From positions 45,883 to 109,882 of the IMG/VR virus record IMGVR_UViG_3300020316_000005: DNA of 64,000 nucleotides, one strand, 5' to 3'. This stretch comes from a virus (taxonomy: Duplodnaviria; Caudoviricetes). Every line of letters begins with the position of its first letter. Within the stretch, counting starts at the first letter, position 1. A program made the position numbers and the translations under genes. The notes beneath the pieces were generated by a model. That model was not told the origin of the DNA. It saw nothing but the letters and a program-made list of their open reading frames with translations, and made no database searches. Positions 1 to 8,717 of this stretch are shown piece after piece.

Positions 1-1458
1 ACGAGGTGCGACAGATGCCCAACGCTGACCACCACCGAAATAACGCTCGTCATACTCAGAGCGGACGGAAGCAACGTTTACGTTAGGTGAACCAGAAGCG
101 TTGTCGTCAGACAGGGTGTAGTTTGCTTCGTAGCGGTTTGCGTTTGCATCGTTGATGACGTGCAGTTGACGGTCGATAGACTCGACAGTTGCCTTGTCAC
201 CAGTTCTTGTACCACCAGTCTCAGCGGTCCAGAGTGCGATCACATCGCCAACTTCCAGCACGTCAGAAGACAGTGAGTAGTTAACGTCGATCTCAATCTT
301 GCGAGTCAGTGGATCGTATGCTTTAACCTGACCTTGGACAGGGATGGAGACTGCGCTACCATCTTCTGCTCTCCAATACTCGTTGACGTTGAAGTCACCA
401 GTAATGGTTCCAGAGTCCAGAGTTGCAACGATGTTGTAACGATAGATCTTAGCGGTAGCGTTTGCTGCGCTGTAGGAAACATCAGTTGTGCTGCCGAATT
501 CCCACTCAGCAGTGGTAGGTTGTGTGAGAGACAGGATCTGGTCTGCACCAGCGTCAGTCATCACAACACGGAGGGAGTTACCGTAGAGACCAGGGTGACG
601 TGCACCGAACTTCCAGGAGTTGGAACCAGACTCAACGCTGGACTCATACTCTTCAAGGTTCTTGATGAGAGGAGCAACCACACCAGAGGAAGTGGTTTCG
701 TTGATTGTGGTCTTGGAAGCAGTAACAGTCAGTTTGGTGACGGTCTGAGAATCGGTCTGTGCTGCTGCGGTAGTACCGAGTTCGCCACGAGTGACGGTCA
801 GGTCATTACCAGAGATGCCAGAAACGCGAAGAATTTCGTCAGAGATCTTGATGTAATCGTTGATCGTCACACCCAGTGTTGCCACAGAGGTCACGGTCAG
901 AGTTGTACCACCAGCTGCCAGAGTACCGCCCTGGTTCATTGTGGTGCTTGTGCCTGCATCTTCGATCAGAGTGACAGCAGCGCCACCAGCGTGAGAAGTT
1001 GCTGCGGTTGCGAGTTGACCACGTTGGACAGTCAGGTCGTTACCAGTGATAACTGTAACGCGAAGAATTTCAGCGTCGATCAGCAAGAAATCGTTCTGTG
1101 CGATGTCTGCAGAAGATGCCACTGTCAAAGTGGTGTCCGATGCACTGAAAGTTGTGACTGTAGTCTGAGCAGTATCAATCGCGTTCTTCAGCGCGGCGCT
1201 GTTAGCACGGATGACTTTGAGGGTTCCGCCGTAAAGAAGGAACTGTGATGCTGTATACCAGTATTCGTAGTTGTAGTCGTTGGGGCGTCCAAACACAGAG
1301 AGAAGTTCTTTCTCTGATGTAATGTCAACAATCTTGTTGACGGGACCCTTTTCAAAGGAACCGACGATCACCGCAACATTATCAAGGGTTGCGTTTGCAA
1401 CCGTAGTCAGATCCTTTTCAAGAACAACGACCCCTGGCGAAAGTTGGGTAGATGCCAT
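1..1458 (-). CDS. g18: Tail sheath protein gp18, 5' part (runs off the left edge; not in the ORF track)
   Basis: Manual translation from ATG at 1458 gives MASTQLSPGVVVLEKDLTTVANATLDNVAVIVGSFEKGPV..., the typical T4-like sheath N-terminus (SPGV, GxFxKGP). It has a GGAG RBS upstream and lies downstream of g17. Confidence 0.95.
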   Translation of the reverse strand, partial: MASTQLSPGVVVLEKDLTTVANATLDNVAVIVGSFEKGPVNKIVDITSEKELLSVFGRPNDYNYEYWYTASQFLLYGGTLKVIRANSAALKNAIDTAQTTVTTFSASDTTLTVASSADIAQNDFLLIDAEILRVTVITGNDLTVQRGQLATAATSHAGGAAVTLIEDAGTSTTMNQGGTLAAGGTTLTVTSVATLGVTINDYIKISDEILRVSGISGNDLTVTRGELGTTAAAQTDSQTVTKLTVTASKTTINETTSSGVVAPLIKNLEEYESSVESGSNSWKFGARHPGLYGNSLRVVMTDAGADQILSLTQPTTAEWEFGSTTDVSYSAANATAKIYRYNIVATLDSGTITGDFNVNEYWRAEDGSAVSIPVQGQVKAYDPLTRKIEIDVNYSLSSDVLEVGDVIALWTAETGGTRTGDKATVESIDRQLHVINDANANRYEANYTLSDDNASGSPNVNVASVRSEYDERYFGGGQRWASVAPR

Positions 1459-1498
1459 TGCTTAATCTCCTGAAAATTCTTCAAATCTTTTCTAATAA

Positions 1499-1505
1499 TA
1501 TTTAG
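1499..1505 (-). promoter_or_regulatory. T4-like late promoter (CTAAATA) for g18
   Basis: TAAATA core about 40 nt upstream of the g18 start, matching the gp55-type late consensus (TA)TAAATA. Confidence 0.7.
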
Positions 1506-1544
1506 AATTACCGATGTTTCAGGAGGGGAAACAGAACGTGAACA

Positions 1545-1781
1545 TTACCAGTCTGGGTAGTCAGTTTCCAGTCTGGTTCTATATCTTCTCCTCTTCCTAC
1601 TTTTACTGACTCTCTTTATTGTGCAATACTTACACTCGTATGAATATGCTGATGGGTTCGACCCTCTATCAGGTCTTGTCTTATAGAAATGTTCTAGTAA
1701 ATCGAGCTTGCGAAGACACGTCCTGCACTGTCGTTCTTTGAACAGGAAATGCTCTAGTTCAAACTCATCATCTAGATTCAT
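1545..1781 (-). CDS. Small CxxC...CxxC zinc-ribbon hypothetical protein between g17 and g18
   Basis: Contains CRTC...CKYC; start overlaps the g17 stop. Confidence 0.75.
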   Translation of the reverse strand: MNLDDEFELEHFLFKERQCRTCLRKLDLLEHFYKTRPDRGSNPSAYSYECKYCTIKRVSKSRKRRRYRTRLETDYPDW

Positions 1782-3430
1782 CTATATTCCCACATAAAGG
1801 ATCTATCACCATACTCATCAGTATGCCACACCTGCCCTTCTGGATCGACGAATGAGGTCTCTTGTAGACCATCATCCATAAACCCAAATGGTGCCATATC
1901 TGCTTCGATCGCTTCACGCTGTTCTTGATACATCCTTGCTCGGATGTCATTATCGTGCAGTTCCTTAAAGTAATCCTGCACTGCCAACCAGGAGAACATT
2001 ACCAGACACATTGCCAAGTCATCGTGACAACCTTCTTCTGCCTGCCAGGACTGTCCTTTCTGAATGAACGTAGTCAGTTCAGCAATGATGTCATAGTCAG
2101 ACAGCAATAGTTTGTCAGCTTCAATCAACTGCTTAAGGTTAGAACATCCAACCTTCTTAACTGCGGTTGACATCTTGACTCCAAGTTGTACCTTGCCACC
2201 AGAGAATCCTTGACCAACAACCTGACCAGCACGACCACGCATTGCTGCCATCAGGAGGTTGTCATATTCAAGATCGTATTGTATGATGTCTGCAACTTGA
2301 CCACCGATGTCATTAACCTCCACAAGAACGTAAGCGTGATTATACGCTTTAGCAGTCTCAGTAATAATATCGGGGAATAGTAATGGTTTTATTTCGTTAT
2401 TTCTATACTTCGCTACCAATTTATATGGTACAGTCGTAGTATCGAAAACAGTAAATGCTGAGTAGTCACCATCGATTCCTCTGGCAACGTCAACAGTCAT
2501 CGTATAATTATGATCTTTTTCTGGTTGTGTGTAAACATCCAAACCATTACTGCTTGTTGCTGGATCATCGTATGCCATCACACGCAACTTGCTTGGCGAG
2601 ATCAGGGTATCAACAGATCCCAGGAACTCACATTCAAACTCAACACGGAACTGCTGTTCGGACGTGTTGCGGATAGTTTGTTCTTTCCACTTCTGATCTC
2701 TTCCTGGTACCTGAGACCAGTGAACTTCTGTAGGAATATATTCGTTAGTACCACGCTCGGCATCGTGCCAAAGCTTGTAGTACATATTCATCCCGTGTGG
2801 GGTAGAGATGATAATAACTTTGGTAGATTTACCAGACGAAATAGTAGGATAAACAGAACTAAAGAACTGCTCAGCAATATTATTCGGAACGAACGCAAAT
2901 TCGTCCAGAAAAATAACATTGAAAGACATACCCCTGACGGCAGAAGCAGAAGTAGATGCAGCCAGGATACGAGAGCCGTTCTCCAGTTCCACTGACCCTC
3001 GGTTCCACGCAATAATACCTTGCTGCATCCACTTAGGAAGATTCTCGTAAGAGAGTTGTAAGCGTCCAAGCATCTCTCTAGCGGTTGCTGCTTTGTTTGC
3101 GAGGATTGCGACATTAACGTTATCAGTAAAAATCACGTACCACAAAAGGTACGCTGTAACAACAGTGGACTTACCAGACTGACGAGGTAGTTTAGCAATA
3201 TTAAATCTATTCTCGTGGAAGTTTGTGACCATCTTCTCTTGAAAATCATACAAGTTGAAGTTGATCACACCCTCATCCAGAGAGACAATCTTGATATAAT
3301 TTTTGATGAAGTAGACTGGATCTTGGCTGCACTTAATAAACTCCTCCACCTGTTCAGGCGTGAAGTTAGTTGTAGCGTTTGCTTTCTTTAGGTTAGGATT
3401 ACCTAAGTATACAGATTTATCAGTCGTCAT
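1778..3430 (-). CDS. g17: Terminase large subunit gp17
   Basis: YLGNPNLK N-terminus, Walker A LPRQSGKST, Walker B IFLDEFAF, motif III ISTPHG, nuclease motifs VDVARG and HDDLAM. Confidence 0.98.
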   Translation of the reverse strand: MTTDKSVYLGNPNLKKANATTNFTPEQVEEFIKCSQDPVYFIKNYIKIVSLDEGVINFNLYDFQEKMVTNFHENRFNIAKLPRQSGKSTVVTAYLLWYVIFTDNVNVAILANKAATAREMLGRLQLSYENLPKWMQQGIIAWNRGSVELENGSRILAASTSASAVRGMSFNVIFLDEFAFVPNNIAEQFFSSVYPTISSGKSTKVIIISTPHGMNMYYKLWHDAERGTNEYIPTEVHWSQVPGRDQKWKEQTIRNTSEQQFRVEFECEFLGSVDTLISPSKLRVMAYDDPATSSNGLDVYTQPEKDHNYTMTVDVARGIDGDYSAFTVFDTTTVPYKLVAKYRNNEIKPLLFPDIITETAKAYNHAYVLVEVNDIGGQVADIIQYDLEYDNLLMAAMRGRAGQVVGQGFSGGKVQLGVKMSTAVKKVGCSNLKQLIEADKLLLSDYDIIAELTTFIQKGQSWQAEEGCHDDLAMCLVMFSWLAVQDYFKELHDNDIRARMYQEQREAIEADMAPFGFMDDGLQETSFVDPEGQVWHTDEYGDRSFMWEYR

Positions 3431-3722
3431 CTAAATGTTCATCCTCATAGGTAGATGGTTCATCAAATAATTCATCCATCTTTAATTTATGTATTCTTTC
3501 TGACAATTCTTTGTAATCCTCGTCAGGTAGTTTATCGAACTTAGCAGTCATCAGAGTTCCAGTATCTCCTTTGAGTTCAGAAATTTCAGGATGTGATTTA
3601 TAGTTTGGTTTCTTTTGATAACCAGCACGTTCCCCCATAATCATCCAACCTTGAATGACCATAGAAATAGCAATACCCATTAGTACCAACCAAGGTACAA
3701 AAAAGAGTATATGGTAATCCAT
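3420..3722 (-). CDS. Membrane-anchored hypothetical protein (DUF2973-like)
   Basis: N-terminal TM helix followed by an HPE motif as in cyanobacterial DUF2973; tightly coupled to neighbours. Confidence 0.6.
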   Translation of the reverse strand: MDYHILFFVPWLVLMGIAISMVIQGWMIMGERAGYQKKPNYKSHPEISELKGDTGTLMTAKFDKLPDEDYKELSERIHKLKMDELFDEPSTYEDEHLDDD

Positions 3723-4184
3723 TTATTCGACTAGAGTACCGTACCTTCTTCTAATCTCACGAAGCTCTTCAAAATCTTTCTTCTTTGTACCACCGTCATA
3801 TTCCCAAGCATACCCTTCGGTAATCATCTGCTCGTTCAGCGATACCTCTGCATCTCCAATATATAACCAACCAAGAAGGCGACCATACTTACCCATACCA
3901 CCAACCAGTTCAGTTCTAATACAGAGTTCATCATCGCCAGCGATAGCTCCCTCTAGTTTTTCTTTCATCCAGTTAGTAGCGTCGATTCCTAACGCCTTCT
4001 CTTCGAGATCTCTCGTTCTTTTCTCTGGCGTATCAACGCCTGCAATTCTAACTCTTTCTTTCTTGTATAAGTCAAACCCAAGATCAATGGTGACATCAAT
4101 AGTATCGCCGTCAAGAACACGGTTTATCTCCGTCACTCGGAAGTTGTAGCAGCTCTTCCTGCTCGGTGGCACCATCGCTCCCAT
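3723..4184 (-). CDS. Thermonuclease (SNase-like) family protein; start uncertain (4172-4202)
   Basis: RVLDGDTI, RVRIAGVDTPE, GKYGRLLG and NEQMITEGYA are the SNase motifs. Confidence 0.9.
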   Translation of the reverse strand: MGAMVPPSRKSCYNFRVTEINRVLDGDTIDVTIDLGFDLYKKERVRIAGVDTPEKRTRDLEEKALGIDATNWMKEKLEGAIAGDDELCIRTELVGGMGKYGRLLGWLYIGDAEVSLNEQMITEGYAWEYDGGTKKKDFEELREIRRRYGTLVE

Positions 4185-4317
4185 TAGATTCTCGCTCATC
4201 AATACCTAATATATAGACGATCACATAAAAAACACAAGCAAGAAGTATCACCAAACACCAAACGATACTCCAAGTGACATCATTTACATCTTCTAATGGG
4301 CGAAGGAAGAGATTCAC
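4111..4317 (-). CDS. Small single-TM hypothetical protein
   Basis: Hydrophobic helix WSIVWCLVILLACVFYVIVYILG; ATGA overlap with the zwf stop. Confidence 0.7.
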   Translation of the reverse strand: MNLFLRPLEDVNDVTWSIVWCLVILLACVFYVIVYILGIDERESNGSDGATEQEELLQLPSDGDKPCS

Positions 4318-5648
4318 TCAGGATACTCCCAATTTGTTATGAATTGTGTTTTGTGAGATGGTCCCCAAGTACCAGCTGTGTAGAGATATGGTGTTGTTCT
4401 AATCTTACAGTTATCTCCAACACACAGAAGATCATCTACAATACGCCAAGATTCAAGAACTTCTTCTGCGTGTACAAAGTGTGACTGATTTCCTGCCATC
4501 GCTTCATACAGAAGTTTTGTATATCCTTGACTTGCATTCTCCATTGGATAATCGTGACTGAGAGTTGCTAGTTCAACACTCTCATCAAGTCCAGGTTTCT
4601 TAATATCAATACGAATATCAAGGTGAGCATTTGGTTGGAAGCGCATTACGATACGATCGTTTGCTTCGTGTCCATCAAACAACTGCTGAGGTGGAGACTT
4701 GAGTTTTACAACAACCTCCACACAACCATATGGTAGGTTCTTTCCAGTCATATAATAGAAAGGAACTCCCTGCCATCTCCAGTTGTCAACATAAATGTCA
4801 CCCGCAACGAATGTGGGAACTTCACTGTTTGAATCAACTCCATCTTCTTCCCTATAACCAATGTATTGACCTGGGATAAGATTCTTACCAAGGCGCATTG
4901 CAGCAAGAACTTTCACCTTCTCACGACGGATTTCTCGTGCATCTAGTTTTGATGGTGGTTCCATAGCAACCAGAGAGATAATCTGAAGCAGATGATTCTG
5001 CAACATATCTCTGATAACACCTGATCCCTCATAATATTGAGACCGACCTTCACAACCGATAGTTTCAGTTGCATAGATCTGGACCTCATCTATGTAATTG
5101 CGGTTCCATAGAGGTTCCAACAGAATGTTGCTAAACCGTGTAGCAAGAATATTGTTGACAGTATCTTTGCCAAGATAATGGTCAATGCGATAGACTTGTT
5201 TTTCGCGTAAATATCGCTGAACCACAGACTGTAAATGATCAGCAGATTTATAGTCGTGCCCAAAGGGTTTCTCAATAACCACACGGGATGTTTCGGGGTT
5301 ATCGAGGAGTCCTGCTTCTTTGAGATTGATGATAGCATCTTCATATCTCTCTGGGGGTACAGATAAAAAGTAGGTTACATCTTCTGCCTGAGGTAAGCAC
5401 TGTAGAGATTCAACCTTAGTCAGGTCAGATGGTTGGTAATCGAGGTGATGCAAAAATTCTTCTGGATACTCACCAAGAGATTCCTTCCACTGCGTCACAG
5501 TAGGTTCTCTCCTGGCAGTACCAGTAATTAAAAGATTGTCTTCGAGAAGACCTCTCTCCCAAAGTTTGTGGAGTGCAGGGATAAGTTTCTTCTTACAAAG
5601 ATCACCAGTCGCACCAAAGATAACTAATTGTTTAGTGCGCTGTTCCAT
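4314..5648 (-). CDS. zwf: Glucose-6-phosphate dehydrogenase (likely start 5648 or 5657, not 5750)
   Basis: VIFGATGDL, EKPFG, RIDHYLGK, RDMLQNH and NWRWQGVPFY motifs. Confidence 0.97.
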   Translation of the reverse strand: MEQRTKQLVIFGATGDLCKKKLIPALHKLWERGLLEDNLLITGTARREPTVTQWKESLGEYPEEFLHHLDYQPSDLTKVESLQCLPQAEDVTYFLSVPPERYEDAIINLKEAGLLDNPETSRVVIEKPFGHDYKSADHLQSVVQRYLREKQVYRIDHYLGKDTVNNILATRFSNILLEPLWNRNYIDEVQIYATETIGCEGRSQYYEGSGVIRDMLQNHLLQIISLVAMEPPSKLDAREIRREKVKVLAAMRLGKNLIPGQYIGYREEDGVDSNSEVPTFVAGDIYVDNWRWQGVPFYYMTGKNLPYGCVEVVVKLKSPPQQLFDGHEANDRIVMRFQPNAHLDIRIDIKKPGLDESVELATLSHDYPMENASQGYTKLLYEAMAGNQSHFVHAEEVLESWRIVDDLLCVGDNCKIRTTPYLYTAGTWGPSHKTQFITNWEYPE

Positions 5649-5763
5649 TTCCGTCATAGTCGTCTGAGTCATAGTAATTATTTTCACCTTTTCGTATCCC
5701 GAAATAGATGGTGGATAGTACAAAGGGTACTGCTGCCCAAAGTAAGACATCAGAGAATATCAT
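5632..5763 (-). CDS. ndhP: NdhP-like small subunit of cyanobacterial NDH-1 (43 aa; not in the ORF track)
   Basis: Manual translation MIFSDVLLWAAVPFVLSTIYFGIRKGENNYYDSDDYDGNGTAH: one TM helix ending in FG, then YDSDDYDGNGTAH, matching the remembered NdhP tail (YDSDxYxGNGSAH). Confidence 0.8.
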   Translation of the reverse strand: MIFSDVLLWAAVPFVLSTIYFGIRKGENNYYDSDDYDGNGTAH

Positions 5764-5908
5764 TGTTAGGACCTAATCCAAGGGACGCAAGGTAATCAAT
5801 CCACCATTGTGGATTTTTATTATACTTCCAATTCGGAACAGGTTTTCCCTGCTCCGAATAGTATTCTTCGAGTGCACTATCTATAGTCTGTGCGATCTCC
5901 ATATTCAT
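5750..5908 (-). CDS. Small hypothetical protein (likely start 5902 or 5908)
   Basis: ORF-track frame 5750..5998 trimmed to reduce the long overlap; Trp-rich PVPNWK...PQWWIDYL. Confidence 0.6.
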   Translation of the reverse strand: MNMEIAQTIDSALEEYYSEQGKPVPNWKYNKNPQWWIDYLASLGLGPNNDIL

Positions 5909-6089
5909 CTTCCTCCGAGTCAACATCTTCATACGGGTTCTCCACAAAGGGTCCTCGTTTTCGTAGAGGTTCTTGTCTGACATAATCCGACTCAGCATTG
6001 ATAGCGGACATCCACACTGCTACTTTCATTACTATGTAGATAACCGCGAGGGGAACAAAGCATAGAAACAGTGTGAATTGTGATTTCAT
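5877..6089 (-). CDS. Small membrane protein with acidic tail
   Basis: N-terminal TM helix; ATGA coupling with the gnd stop. Confidence 0.7.
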   Translation of the reverse strand: MKSQFTLFLCFVPLAVIYIVMKVAVWMSAINAESDYVRQEPLRKRGPFVENPYEDVDSEEDEYGDRTDYR

Positions 6090-7150
6090 CTGACGTTGTG
6101 ACCTCCGAATTTGAATCGCATTCCATTGAGAACTCTGTTTGCAAAGTTACCTAATCTTCGAGAGTTGAACCTCTCAAATAGTGCAGTGCTAAGGACAGGA
6201 GTGGGAACGCCAAGATCCACAGCAGCGTGAACAGTCCAACGCCCTTCACCACTGTCTGATACTCCCCCATCAAATCTGCTAAGCTCGTGATCGCTCCGTA
6301 GTACATCAGCGGCAAGGTCAAGTAACCAAGAACCAACAACGCTACCACGACGCCAAAGCTCAGCCACCTCAGCAGTGTCAATGTCATAGCAATAGGACTC
6401 AGGGTCTGCCATAGGCGCAACCTCAGCGTCTCCTTCTTTGACGTATCTTGATCCTGCATTTGCCTCGTGGATAATGTTGAAACCTTCGGCATACGCCTGC
6501 ATAATTCCATACTCTACACCATTGTGAACCATCTTCACAAAATGACCTGCTCCAGGCGGTCCACAATGCAACCAACCGTGTTCACTACTGGACTCATAAT
6601 CATATGGGTCTGTACGAGCGGCAGATCCGATGCCTGGGGCGAGTGCCCTAAAGATAGGAGCGCAGGCGGATACTGCAGTAGTTGCACCACCAACCATAAG
6701 ACAGTATCCACGGTCCAGACCGTAAACACCACCAGAAGTGCCGCAGTCAATATATTGGATACCCAATTTAGCCAGACGCTCTGCCCTTTTCCGACTGTCC
6801 TTAAAATTGCTATTGCCGTTATCAATAATAATATCTCCTTCACTACAAAATTGTAGTAGCTCATTGATTGTGTCCTCTACGGTTTCTGCTGGTACAACCA
6901 TCATAAAAATGCCTGGTTGCTCAGAGATGATTGTCTCTCCAGACTTCTCCCCATAAATGGATTTCTTTTCCTTGACTACTTGAACAAGGCTTTCCAAAGA
7001 AGTGGTACATCCACTGATATAACCCGCTTCATATTGTTTACAAGCTTTTTCATAATTGTTTCTGTAACCGTGAACTTCAATACCTGCTTTGATCATACGA
7101 CGAGACATACCCTCGCCCATACGACCCAGACCAATCATTCCTACTTTCAT
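6086..7150 (-). CDS. gnd: 6-phosphogluconate dehydrogenase (decarboxylating, short type)
   Basis: GMIGLGRMG, IIDNGNS, DCGTSGG, GHFVKMVHNGVEY and DSGEGRWT motifs. Confidence 0.97.
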   Translation of the reverse strand: MKVGMIGLGRMGEGMSRRMIKAGIEVHGYRNNYEKACKQYEAGYISGCTTSLESLVQVVKEKKSIYGEKSGETIISEQPGIFMMVVPAETVEDTINELLQFCSEGDIIIDNGNSNFKDSRKRAERLAKLGIQYIDCGTSGGVYGLDRGYCLMVGGATTAVSACAPIFRALAPGIGSAARTDPYDYESSSEHGWLHCGPPGAGHFVKMVHNGVEYGIMQAYAEGFNIIHEANAGSRYVKEGDAEVAPMADPESYCYDIDTAEVAELWRRGSVVGSWLLDLAADVLRSDHELSRFDGGVSDSGEGRWTVHAAVDLGVPTPVLSTALFERFNSRRLGNFANRVLNGMRFKFGGHNVR

Positions 7151-7335
7151 TTTGATTCGTTAATAAAATACTCTGGTAGGGGGCATCCCTTGAAATTTTG
7201 AATCTCGTCCACAGCGAGAACGAACATAGTTACAAATCCTAAACAGAATGCAAATAGCATCTGTGGGAAGTTATAGTTACAGTCGTTTGCTGTAGGATCT
7301 TCTGGCTCATCATCGTGTGGAAATCGCATCCGCAT
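7147..7335 (-). CDS. Small single-TM hypothetical protein
   Basis: Hydrophobic segment; coupled to the PTOX stop and the gnd start. Confidence 0.65.
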   Translation of the reverse strand: MRMRFPHDDEPEDPTANDCNYNFPQMLFAFCLGFVTMFVLAVDEIQNFKGCPLPEYFINESK

Positions 7336-7835
7336 CAGATCATCTCCATTGCTTTATGTAGTTCCGCCGAATGTTCGAGTTCATCATTCAAGATCTCAAG
7401 GATCTTTTCATCAGGACCTTCCAAAGCAAGATACTTTGCATAGGTCTCTGCTGCGTGAATCTCAACCTCTTCTGCTAGATGATAAGCATACTTTGGAGCA
7501 AGAAGATAATAGACCACGTTACTCCAATAGTAGACAAGAACCAGATGATAAGCGAAAAAGCGATCAATCCAATGATCAGCTCCTCCACGTCTCTCCATTT
7601 CTTGTAAATGTTCTGTTTCATTTACCGTTTGTTGAAAGTGTTCTCTCATTAGGTAAAAATGCGTCTCGGTCCTTAGACCTAGAGACTCCCTAAAATGAAG
7701 TACACTTAGAAAGGCAAAGTATGGTGCTCGTGCAATTACCTCAAGCACCCAGAAACGTTGAAAGTATCGACCTCTATAAAGAGAATCGATTATGAAAACT
7801 GTTAAATCGAGAATTGCTGTGTTGACTTTTTTCAT
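7335..7835 (-). CDS. ptox: Plastoquinol terminal oxidase (PTOX; likely start 7835)
   Basis: RFWVLEVIARAPYF plus di-iron motifs NETEHL, EEVEIHA and DELEH. Confidence 0.95.
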   Translation of the reverse strand: MKKVNTAILDLTVFIIDSLYRGRYFQRFWVLEVIARAPYFAFLSVLHFRESLGLRTETHFYLMREHFQQTVNETEHLQEMERRGGADHWIDRFFAYHLVLVYYWSNVVYYLLAPKYAYHLAEEVEIHAAETYAKYLALEGPDEKILEILNDELEHSAELHKAMEMI

Positions 7836-7981
7836 TTGTGCTTCCTCACGAAAGGTTCCCAGTGTTCCCAACCATATTTGTGCACTAAGTGCATACCAAT
7901 GATAGGAACGAAAACTAAAAGGAAGCAGAGACTACCTAGAAAGAACTCATTGTTCACTAGGTGTCTGACGACAACTAGCAT
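7832..7981 (-). CDS. 49-aa single-TM protein (not in the ORF track)
   Basis: Manual translation MLVVVRHLVNNEFFLGSLCFLLVFVPIIGMHLVHKYGWEHWEPFVRKHK; its stop overlaps the PTOX ATG (ATGA). Confidence 0.7.
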   Translation of the reverse strand: MLVVVRHLVNNEFFLGSLCFLLVFVPIIGMHLVHKYGWEHWEPFVRKHK

Positions 7982-8129
7982 TTTCTACATACCCCTTGAA
8001 TGAATTTGACATATCACGGTACCCAGAGCCCACATAGATCTGTCCACCAACAACCGCTATGGTTGCAATGCCCCAAAAAATGTAATACCACTGGGATTTG
8101 ATTTGATGCTTTTTAGATTTTTTACACAT
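7947..8129 (-). CDS. Small single-TM hypothetical protein
   Basis: Hydrophobic helix WYYIFWGIATIAVVGGQIYVG; coupled start/stop. Confidence 0.65.
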   Translation of the reverse strand: MCKKSKKHQIKSQWYYIFWGIATIAVVGGQIYVGSGYRDMSNSFKGYVENASCRQTPSEQ

Positions 8130-8368
8130 TATGAAAGTTGATCGACAATAGGTTTAATGATGTTAATATCTATCCCTGCAAATGGTGGGATTTTGCCTAC
8201 CATTCTAAGCATTCCATCGAGAAAAGCAGCGAACACAATGGCACCTAACCATATCGAAATCAAAGATGCGTTACGGTTGTGTCTTGTGATCGCTTTATCG
8301 ATCATATACTGGGCTTCCTCTTTACTGATATAATGAGGGGGATCCAGTTTTTCAAATCTGTGAGTCAT
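8129..8368 (-). CDS. Small membrane hypothetical protein
   Basis: HNRNASLIS followed by a TM helix; coupled to the petE stop. Confidence 0.7.
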   Translation of the reverse strand: MTHRFEKLDPPHYISKEEAQYMIDKAITRHNRNASLISIWLGAIVFAAFLDGMLRMVGKIPPFAGIDINIIKPIVDQLS

Positions 8369-8691
8369 TACTCTACGTGAACAGTACCGATCATACCCGC
8401 ACCTTTATGGGGGGCACACCAATAAGTATAGTCACCAGCGTCACTAAAGACAACATCAAACTCTTCACCAGGCAGCATTGCTAGTGCCTCGTGATCAAGT
8501 TCTGGATGATCTTCCACAATCACATTGTGAGGTGGAAGCATATTATTAACGAAGTGTACTGATTCACCTGCAGCAATAGTTACCTCTGCTGGTTCAAATA
8601 CAAGGTTACCATCGTAACCCATCTGAACATCTACAGCCCAAGCAGGTGCAGAAAAGAAGAGTGTCGCTAGAAGTGCAAAGAAAAACTTCAT
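8368..8691 (-). CDS. petE: Plastocyanin
   Basis: Signal peptide ending in AWA; PPHNV and YWCAPHKGAGM supply the type-1 Cu ligands. Confidence 0.97.
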   Translation of the reverse strand: MKFFFALLATLFFSAPAWAVDVQMGYDGNLVFEPAEVTIAAGESVHFVNNMLPPHNVIVEDHPELDHEALAMLPGEEFDVVFSDAGDYTYWCAPHKGAGMIGTVHVE

Positions 8692-8717
8692 TCGATAGTT
8701 AGAAATAACTAATCTAT

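Noticed and set aside
1778-3430. Intein or intron in the terminase
   Set aside because: Normal length (550 aa) with contiguous motifs.
4111-4317. Assigning this TM peptide as NdhQ or another known photosynthetic subunit
   Set aside because: No convincing motif match by eye.
5649-5750. N-terminal extension of Zwf in the ORF track
   Set aside because: G6PDH homology begins at about QLVIFGATGDL, and this interval is better explained by the ndhP-like ORF in another frame.
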